Assembly (NCBI GenBank): GCA_013202715.1
Contig: JABMRF010000046.1
Coordinates: forward strand, 1-57,310
DNA from: Candidatus Kuenenbacteria bacterium
GTDB taxonomy: Bacteria; Patescibacteriota; Patescibacteriia; UBA11705; JABHMO01
Direction of reading: 5' to 3'
DNA length: 57,310 bases
Shown here: positions 48,329-55,648 of the stretch, in pieces
Layout: the number at the start of each line of letters is the position of its first letter
Position numbering within the stretch: the first letter of the stretch is position 1
The notes under the pieces: generated by a model
The model's database searches: none
Told to the model about the DNA's origin: nothing
Seen by the model: the letters and a program-made list of their open reading frames with translations, nothing else
Made by a program: the position numbers and the translations under genes

Positions 48329-50947
48329 TTATGGAGCAAATGCTTTCATATCATCGGCAGTTTGTCCTTTTAGAGCATTAATAATCTTATCGTTAGCTGC
48401 CATTCTGCCTAATTTTTCTTTGGCTACATCCTGCTTTTTCTTTTCTACTGCGTAAGTTGGAGTTGCCGGAGCTGGAAGAGACGCCCTTACAGTTGTCATT
48501 AAATGTTGAGTAACTTTATCAATATTATCCTCGCTATGCTCTTCGCCTGCATCTGCCATTTTGGACATCTGGGAAACTGAAGCGTGTTCTGATACAGCCT
48601 GAATAGCCCGGGGACTACTTAGCTCTCGTTTGCCCAAATCTGCTCCTTTTATCTTTGGAATTGCCGTATCCAAACCGGATGAATCTGAGCTCACTCCGTC
48701 AACCGGAGATGATGAGAATACATCCCTTTCAACAACTCTTCCTCTTGAATCACGAGCGCCAAATCCTTCTTCAAAAGAGTCTGTAATATTTCCGGCTATA
48801 GCGCGAAATTCACTAGCATCCTTCTGTGTTTTAGCCAATGAAGCTGTAGCAAGAGTAACTTTTTGAGCAGCTTGAGTTCTTTCATTTGTTGATGCAGTTG
48901 TCGGCAAAGCTCTGACCGCTCTTTGCGCACTCAGAACCCCGGCTCGGCCTTTAGCAAGATATTCTTCGTGATCTAACATTTTACCGCCTGCAAACTTTTT
49001 ATTTCCTGTTTTGACTGCCTCTTTGTATTCAAGCCCTCTGTTGCTGGCTCTCTCCATTGTAGCTTGGTATTGTTTCGGTCCAGTTACCTCATAAGCTTGT
49101 TCTAAGAAATCCTCATTTTTGTATGCTTCAGGTTCTTGAGCCGCAAGATCAAATTCACCTCGATCAGCAGCCCCACGAAAAGCCTTGGCTTCTTTTTTAT
49201 CAGTCAAATCATAAGCAGCATATGCTTGTCTTTTTTGCATAGTTTCTTTATGAGCCTTGAGTCCTTCTTTATCTCCTTTAAACAATTCACGATGCTGCCT
49301 TGCTTGATCAGCAACGGTAGAAACCACATTACCATTAGCATCTTTAACATCCTTGTAACCTTTTTTTGCAGCTACCATTGCTGCGGCCTTTCGCATATGC
49401 TTGCTATATCTTTTACTACCGGCAACTTTTTGCGCTTCTTCCGGTGTAGTGACGTCCATACCCTCCAAAACTTTGGCGGCTTCCTTTTGTTTATTATCTA
49501 AACGAGCTTGTTTCATTTGTTTTTTTGCAGCAAGATCAGCTCTACCAGCAGTTCCATGTTTCATTTGGTATGCGCCACCTTCTCGTGCACCAGAAACCAT
49601 AGCACTTCCTGCTGCTTTAATTCCTTTACCATCTTTCACAGCTTTTCCTGCTGCTGCAAGTCCGCCAGCAGCGCCACCAATAACCACTGCGGGAGCTTTT
49701 TTAATTGCAGCCTTTGCGGAATGCCTGGCCTCACGAAAACGCTCATTTTGCCAACCTTTTTTAATCCCGCCAGGAAGAGCCTTGACACCAGAGCGCGCAG
49801 CGCTATAACCCGTTCCATGAGAAATAGCTTTCTTGGCAAATGATGATGCTTGGCCGGATTTCTTTGACGCGGCAGATCCCATCGCTCCGCCCAATTCACC
49901 GGCTATTGATAAACTGGCCATAAGCATCGCGAGAGCAATCGCAAACTGCGCTAAGTTATCCACATAGGAGATATTAGAAACTACACCACCTTCTGATTTA
50001 TTTTCAATTTCTGTATGTTTATCAGGATACATTCCGGCAGGATCGGACATGATTAATAAACTCAGCCACAGGAAAAAAGCCATTACCGGACCAATCACTA
50101 CTGCCGAGGTAAATTCTCCCCACCATTTATCTTTCATTTTCTTCCCCATACCATCAGGGAATACATTCATCGCAAAAGCCACTGGAGACAGGACAACCAA
50201 AATCCAGAGAGTTACGATTCTCATTACAAATAATCCCAGTACCATAACCGTCACAAAAATAGCAATAACAAGTAACATTGCCGCTAAAAACAGGGCGATA
50301 AAAATACTAGTATGGTCAACAGGATTCTGTATATCTGATGATTTCTCGTTCAACTGCATTAATTTATTAATGCCAAGTCCCTGAATCAAATTTGCACCAG
50401 CAGTTGCCTGGTAGCCATTTACAAAGGTCATCATCACAACCTGCGCGAAATCAATCATTAGGCCACAAATCAATTTACTAAAATTTACCAAAACTGCCGC
50501 AATAATCAATTTGGGCAGCATTTTCTTTACAGGATATTTTTCTACATTTAAAATTTGAGCAAAAGCTATTACCAGAAGCATGACCACAAAAAGCATGTTA
50601 CAAACATCACGAACCAGGACCCAGCCCTTTGTTACGGCTTTTGAGACTACAAAATCATTGTAGGAACTAATAATCACAATCAAAGCAAAAATCTTCATCA
50701 AAACCCAGCCTAAACCAGCTACAATAAAAAACAATAATCGATTCAAAAATTGTACAATTGTTGTGGTCATGTCAGGATCACTTGCGAAGGCAAAATTACC
50801 AACAACAAAAATTCCGACTAGTAAGGTACCTAATAAAACTACTTGGAATTTTCTATTTTTTATGGAAAACAAAACCTTAGCATGCTTAATAACTTTTCTC
50901 AGCATACTCGTAAAAATAAGCCCAATTTGCTTCAATTGACTTTTCAT
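48329..50947 (-). CDS. TrbL/VirB6-like polytopic membrane protein with long charged C-terminal tail
   Basis: GW.LVRD.CNM.F, P.LII.A.LVNFS, RI..LW.L..LSP.AF, multiple TM helices, then an Ala/Lys-rich tail. Confidence 0.75.
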   Translation of the reverse strand: MKSQLKQIGLIFTSMLRKVIKHAKVLFSIKNRKFQVVLLGTLLVGIFVVGNFAFASDPDMTTTIVQFLNRLLFFIVAGLGWVLMKIFALIVIISSYNDFVVSKAVTKGWVLVRDVCNMLFVVMLLVIAFAQILNVEKYPVKKMLPKLIIAAVLVNFSKLICGLMIDFAQVVMMTFVNGYQATAGANLIQGLGINKLMQLNEKSSDIQNPVDHTSIFIALFLAAMLLVIAIFVTVMVLGLFVMRIVTLWILVVLSPVAFAMNVFPDGMGKKMKDKWWGEFTSAVVIGPVMAFFLWLSLLIMSDPAGMYPDKHTEIENKSEGGVVSNISYVDNLAQFAIALAMLMASLSIAGELGGAMGSAASKKSGQASSFAKKAISHGTGYSAARSGVKALPGGIKKGWQNERFREARHSAKAAIKKAPAVVIGGAAGGLAAAGKAVKDGKGIKAAGSAMVSGAREGGAYQMKHGTAGRADLAAKKQMKQARLDNKQKEAAKVLEGMDVTTPEEAQKVAGSKRYSKHMRKAAAMVAAKKGYKDVKDANGNVVSTVADQARQHRELFKGDKEGLKAHKETMQKRQAYAAYDLTDKKEAKAFRGAADRGEFDLAAQEPEAYKNEDFLEQAYEVTGPKQYQATMERASNRGLEYKEAVKTGNKKFAGGKMLDHEEYLAKGRAGVLSAQRAVRALPTTASTNERTQAAQKVTLATASLAKTQKDASEFRAIAGNITDSFEEGFGARDSRGRVVERDVFSSSPVDGVSSDSSGLDTAIPKIKGADLGKRELSSPRAIQAVSEHASVSQMSKMADAGEEHSEDNIDKVTQHLMTTVRASLPAPATPTYAVEKKKQDVAKEKLGRMAANDKIINALKGQTADDMKAFAP

Positions 50948-51077
50948 TTAGTCTGTTTTAATTCAAATTTATTATACCATATTAATTTGGTTAAGGGTAA
51001 ATTTTATGCACAGCTGGGCTTCTAGTCTAGAGTCTAGAGTCAAAAGTCAAGAGTCATAACTCCAAAAGAGGTGCGAC

Positions 51078-51110
51078 AAAAAAAGAAGGGTTATATCCCC
51101 TTCTTTTTTT
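51078..51110. terminator. Hairpin terminator overlapping the four-helix gene stop
   Basis: A7GAAGGG-ttatat-CCCCTTCT7. Confidence 0.6.
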
Positions 51111-51483
51111 GATTCTTTTTCTGTAATGTTTTAACACTAGCTCCAAGCAACCTTGATATTTCTATCACTTCGCATAAAAGAGCTTTTAATTTTTGTTGAT
51201 CCCCTTTATTCATATCACGAAGCAAAACTAGCCAAAATTGAGTTTCATTTGCAGATTTCAAGCAGTGCCTTAAATAATTCGCAAAATCCCTATCTGAACC
51301 GCCTGCAATTGCCTCAATATAATTTGCTCCAATACTTGTTCCACTTCTTATGAATTGTTTTTTGATAACCTGACAAACTACATCTTTCCAGTCATAATTT
51401 TCGCTAAATTTTAATAACTCTAAAATAAAATTGTATATTCTTTGCTTAAACTCTTTACTAAAATCCTTGTTACACTTTCTCAT
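51091..51483 (-). CDS. Four-helix-bundle protein (TIGR02436 / 23S rRNA-IVP-like), copy A
   Basis: QFIRSGTSIGANYIEA..G.S.RDF......LKSANET.FWL.LL motif. Confidence 0.9.
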   Translation of the reverse strand: MRKCNKDFSKEFKQRIYNFILELLKFSENYDWKDVVCQVIKKQFIRSGTSIGANYIEAIAGGSDRDFANYLRHCLKSANETQFWLVLLRDMNKGDQQKLKALLCEVIEISRLLGASVKTLQKKNQKKKGI

Positions 51484-51501
51484 ATTGTTATATCATTATT
51501 T

Positions 51502-51900
51502 CTATTCAATGAGTTTCAACTCTAGACTTTTGACTCTAGACTCTTGACTTAACCGTATATAACCATTGATAAACTTGTTAATCCTTTATGCTTTTGACAA
51601 TATTTCAAGCTGTCAATAATAATTTTAAAATATTTTGGTTTTGTAAAAATATCAATCCACTCGATGATTGTCAATGTTAAAAAGTGAGTTACATTTTCGT
51701 TTTCTTTATGGATTCTGAGTACTGGCATATAATCTTCCCGTTTTTAAGTATCCTCATTGTGGACTCCATAGCTATTCCCCGCCTTACGGACGATGAATAG
51801 ACTATGGAGCCCCCTTTAATTAAACTATTCAATGAGTTTCAACTCTAGACTTTTGACTCTTGACTTTTGACTTAACCGTGGATAGCCATTGATAAACTTG
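51502..51900. repeat. 76-bp direct repeat pair (51502-51577 and 51825-51900)
   Basis: Manual alignment gives 71/76 identity. It duplicates the 3' end of the lamin-tail gene. Confidence 0.9.
51761..51817. repeat. REP-like palindrome (copy C)
   Basis: GGACTCCATAG-CTATTC...GAATAG-ACTATGGAGCCCCCTTT. Confidence 0.75.
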
Positions 51901-54063
51901 GCTTTTCTTCTGCCACAATAAGTACAGATTACACAGCATCAAAACCACGAATCCGCTAAGCAACAACCAAAGCGTGTTTTTCTTTTGTGAATTAGTACCA
52001 ACCTTACTATCACTGTTTTGAGCCGAGCCAACAACCGGTTTTGCTTGCAAGGTCAAGTTAACCATATCAGCCTCGCTTCTTGGCATAAGCCGATATTCAT
52101 CATCGTATTGACCAACGATCCCGGTGATTATGATTTGATTGCCAACATCAAAAAGCTTTGAACTGATCTTTGTGCCACGCTTTAAATAAACGACAAACTC
52201 ACCAAATTCATCCGCAAAAATTAGTCTACTTGAATCCTTTTCAACCAGTTCTCCTTGAACCTGAACAAAAACGCCTTCTTTTTCCTCATTAAGCCCAAGC
52301 GAATTAATTGTGGGCGGCGTTGCCACCTCTTGATTTTCCAGAATCGTTAAATCAGCTTTTTCTTTAATTAAGATTCTTTTTTCATTCCGACTTTCAGATA
52401 ATGTTCCATTAACCTCCACCAAGTCGCCAACTTTCAATTCAGGCCAGTCAGCTTTTGAAAAATAGATCTGGATTCCATTTAGATAAATAAGGCTCTTGCT
52501 AAATACTTCCGGTAAAACAACCACCTGCCCTTTAACTTTAACCTTTGACCTTAACGGTAAACTTCGAACTTCTGCTAAGCTATCCACCTCCATTGTGTCA
52601 CCCTGAGAGAGGAGGGACGACGAACCGAAGGGTGTTGTTTTTTTACTGCTCACTACCAAACCCGCCGTCTGCATAGCCGGCTTTTTATTTTCCGCACCAG
52701 GTGTTGACTCCAATGTTTCCAGCCAACCGCCCTCAAACCAGGAATTGGAATAATCTTCTTTTGGGTTTTGATAATCAACTGAACTTATAATCTGACCATT
52801 TGGATCAAGAAGATTGATCTGGTCCGATGAATTGTTTAGGACCAATCCAGTTTCTTCTTTATTAAAAACCAAATAATCATTTACTTTAATTACAATCTGA
52901 TCTTCCAACTTGAACGGTTTACTTCCGCCTTCTGCGTCATCCAGGCTCCAGCCCAACAAGTTAACGTCAGTTTCTCCGGAATTATACAACTCAATCCATT
53001 CAGCATTATCACTTCCCAGCGGATCAGCCAAAAATTCATTGATAATAATTTTATCTGAAAATTGATATACTGGTTGGACTTCTTCCACTTCTTCCACTTG
53101 CTTGTCCTCGGTAGTTTCAACGAAGGAGGATTCAACCTCTTCCACTTTTTCAACCTGCGTGTCCTCCGCAGTTTCAACGAAGGAGGGTTCAACTTCCTCA
53201 ACCTGCTTTGCCTTGAGCTTGCCTCTCGGCCATGAGCTCGAGGCCGAATGGTCGAAAGGCTCCTCGGTTAATTGAAAAAAATTAATCTGACTTGGGGTTG
53301 CAACTTCTGTTTCTTTGTATTCATCGTCAAATAAACCAATTGAATTGCCTGATTCACCGGCCGGAACATTTGAGTCTTCCCATTCGCCGTAACTAACTTT
53401 ATCAATTTGGCTTCCATAAGAATCCTGCAAAATTACACAATCGCCACCATTATTCAAACTACTTTTGTCAAAAACAAGATAACCAAGAGGTCCGATGGAA
53501 CCGGTTAATTGTGTTTTTTTGCCGGCGCCTTCGATCAAATTCCAGCCGGACAAATCAATCGCCTCTGCAGTCGTATTATACAGTTCCACCCATTCCGGAT
53601 CGCCAGAAATCGGAGCGGCCATTATTTCATTAATTCGAATTTGCTTTGGGCCAATGATCGGTTGAAAAGTATCCAACTGATCTTCAACTACATTCGCTTG
53701 CTCAGTTGAACTGTTTTCTTCAATTAAATTATCTTCTTCAAGTGGTTCACTTTCCTCAGTTGAATTATTTTCTTCAACCACCTCCGTTTCCTCAGCTAGA
53801 TTATTTTCTTCTATGGAATCATCTTCACTCGCTTCCGGATCCTCAATCAACTCCGGAGTTTCAACTGGCTGTTCATCAACATTTTCCAATAAATTTTTTA
53901 ACCACGATTGACATGAATCATCTGCGCAGCCAATAACAATGTACTGGTAAACCTGACTGTCAGAAATTGTATTGTAAACCATCGCCGCCTTTGCCTGGCG
54001 AAAAACCACATCAAAAGGAATGGTCAACAGACTGATCAATAATATTCCAAGTAAATATTTCAT
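51829..54063 (-). CDS. Surface protein with two lamin-tail domains, OB folds and C-terminal TM
   Basis: Signal peptide; INEIM..P....EWVELYN and INEFL.DP...EWIELYN; OB-like V.V.G.V...; TM helix near the C-terminus. Confidence 0.8.
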   Translation of the reverse strand: MKYLLGILLISLLTIPFDVVFRQAKAAMVYNTISDSQVYQYIVIGCADDSCQSWLKNLLENVDEQPVETPELIEDPEASEDDSIEENNLAEETEVVEENNSTEESEPLEEDNLIEENSSTEQANVVEDQLDTFQPIIGPKQIRINEIMAAPISGDPEWVELYNTTAEAIDLSGWNLIEGAGKKTQLTGSIGPLGYLVFDKSSLNNGGDCVILQDSYGSQIDKVSYGEWEDSNVPAGESGNSIGLFDDEYKETEVATPSQINFFQLTEEPFDHSASSSWPRGKLKAKQVEEVEPSFVETAEDTQVEKVEEVESSFVETTEDKQVEEVEEVQPVYQFSDKIIINEFLADPLGSDNAEWIELYNSGETDVNLLGWSLDDAEGGSKPFKLEDQIVIKVNDYLVFNKEETGLVLNNSSDQINLLDPNGQIISSVDYQNPKEDYSNSWFEGGWLETLESTPGAENKKPAMQTAGLVVSSKKTTPFGSSSLLSQGDTMEVDSLAEVRSLPLRSKVKVKGQVVVLPEVFSKSLIYLNGIQIYFSKADWPELKVGDLVEVNGTLSESRNEKRILIKEKADLTILENQEVATPPTINSLGLNEEKEGVFVQVQGELVEKDSSRLIFADEFGEFVVYLKRGTKISSKLFDVGNQIIITGIVGQYDDEYRLMPRSEADMVNLTLQAKPVVGSAQNSDSKVGTNSQKKNTLWLLLSGFVVLMLCNLYLLWQKKSQVYQWLSTVKSKVKSQKSRVETH

Positions 54064-54164
54064 AATTTTTTTTTGTTGGGGCCAATGGGTCGTTTGCGTT
54101 TAACAAATAATCCATCAGCCCCATATTAATTAGTTAGATAACTCTGCTCTCGCGATGAGCAGAG

Positions 54165-54196
54165 AAAACCCGTGCGTCGCCAAGGCTATGCACGGG
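54165..54196 (-). terminator. Hairpin/terminator (REP-like loop) downstream of the RAYT homolog
   Basis: CCCGTGC...GCACGGG followed by TTTT on the minus strand; a second hairpin CTCTGCTC/GAGCAGAG at 54142-54164. Confidence 0.6.
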
Positions 54197-54205
54197 TAAA
54201 CTAAA

Positions 54206-54919
54206 CTAGGCTATTTGTAATGTTTGTTTAGCCGGAACACTTGCATCTAAACGTAACTTTAAAGTGTCAATATCCTGAAGATCTTCAGATAAATAAAGAT
54301 ATGGATATTTTTCAACTGTTTCAACCAATTTCCAACGTTCAGAAAGCGGTGTACCCATAATCCGATCTGATTTTTCCTGTATTGCTTTATCATCATTAAT
54401 TGGCAAGGTGTATGTTTTTGGAGTCCAAACTTTATAGCGTTTGTTTTCTTCAAAATTTTTAGCCTGCGCTTCAAATGTCCACAATATTTTCTGCGGAGTT
54501 GAACGCATAACTCGTTCATTTCCTTTGAACAATTCAAATATTTCATAAGCGCCGTCTTTAATTTCAGCACGCAAATTTTTCATAATTTCAATTGCCACCT
54601 GACCCTTTACTTCAGCCAGGATTTTCCCAGGATTATCCTGATTTTCAGGAAGCTTAAACAGCCAGAGAAAAAAGTTTGGCATTACCACATAAGCTAAGTT
54701 CTTAATGTCCATTTTTAATTCAGCCAATTTAATCGCATTAGCCACCAAGTCCATGTATTCTTTGGTTACAAAAACATTTTTGCGGCCGATAATTTCACCA
54801 TAGTGAAAGTAAGTACCGCCGGCCTGTTTAAAAGGCTTGTCAAACTTCTTTTTTCCTTTTGTTTTTTCCTCTTTTTGACCACCGTCATTGCCAGTGGTCT
54901 GGTTTTTTTCTTTTGTCAT
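54206..54919 (-). CDS. RAYT/IS200-type Y1 transposase homolog with degenerate active site
   Basis: GGTYF, AYVVMPN, VW...Y...I.D...I..K....P....LV....YPY match the RAYT layout. The HUH positions read F/L and the catalytic Tyr position reads R. Confidence 0.72.
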   Translation of the reverse strand: MTKEKNQTTGNDGGQKEEKTKGKKKFDKPFKQAGGTYFHYGEIIGRKNVFVTKEYMDLVANAIKLAELKMDIKNLAYVVMPNFFLWLFKLPENQDNPGKILAEVKGQVAIEIMKNLRAEIKDGAYEIFELFKGNERVMRSTPQKILWTFEAQAKNFEENKRYKVWTPKTYTLPINDDKAIQEKSDRIMGTPLSERWKLVETVEKYPYLYLSEDLQDIDTLKLRLDASVPAKQTLQIA

Positions 54920-54988
54920 AGATTTTTTGTTAATAATTAGATATAGCCCTAGTTAGTTTATAGTTAATATGTAAAAGGTAAAAGTAGC

Positions 54989-55360
54989 TTATTTCTTCTT
55001 CTCTCGTAATGACTTTACAATTGATCCAAAGATCCGCGCAATCTCTTCAACCTCCAGCAACAAAGCATCCAATTCCTCCAAATCTCCTAATTCAGCCTCT
55101 TTTAAAAGCAATAGCCAAAATTGAGATTCATTTGCAGATTTCAAAGAATGATTGTTAAAATTCGCAAAATCCTTCCTTGAAGAGCCAGCGATTGCTTCAA
55201 AATAATTCGCGCCTATACTTGTTATGCTTTTCACCAGCTGAAACCGAACAACCCGCGCTAGTGGATTTTTCCAATCCAAACATTCACAAAATTTTACAAC
55301 TCTTAAAATCAGACAAAAAAGCCTTGCTTTAAACTTTTTACTAAATTCATTATTGTTCAT
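54989..55360 (-). CDS. Four-helix-bundle protein (TIGR02436 / 23S rRNA-IVP-like), copy B
   Basis: QLVKSITSIGANYFEA...SSRKDF......LKSANESQFWL.LL motif. Confidence 0.9.
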   Translation of the reverse strand: MNNNEFSKKFKARLFCLILRVVKFCECLDWKNPLARVVRFQLVKSITSIGANYFEAIAGSSRKDFANFNNHSLKSANESQFWLLLLKEAELGDLEELDALLLEVEEIARIFGSIVKSLREKKK

Positions 55361-55648
55361 AATATTACATTACCTTTTGTTTTTTTACTTTTAACTTTTA
55401 CATTTTAACTTTTACCTATTTCTATTATCTCAACCAGAACAATCCCCCTCAACCAAATCCTGACGACCCACCTCGTCAAGATTTCACCCAAATTTATCAA
55501 GGTAATTTTTTTAAACAAAAAAAGTTGACGACCTAGGTCGACAACTTTTATATGACTGTGGATAACTCCTATTAACGCAAAATCGCAAAATATGCAAAGA
55601 CGCAAAAAACTCTTAAAAATTTTCTACTACTATTTCCTTCACTTCAAG

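Noticed and set aside
41675-50947. Integrative conjugative element or prophage
   Set aside because: No integrase, relaxase, coupling protein, phage structural genes or att pair; the locus is continuous with housekeeping genes.
51091-55360. Diversity-generating retroelement (four-helix proteins resemble bAvd)
   Set aside because: No reverse transcriptase is present. The 76-bp repeat pair has 5 mismatches that are not confined to adenines on one strand, and it covers a stop region rather than a ligand-binding variable region.
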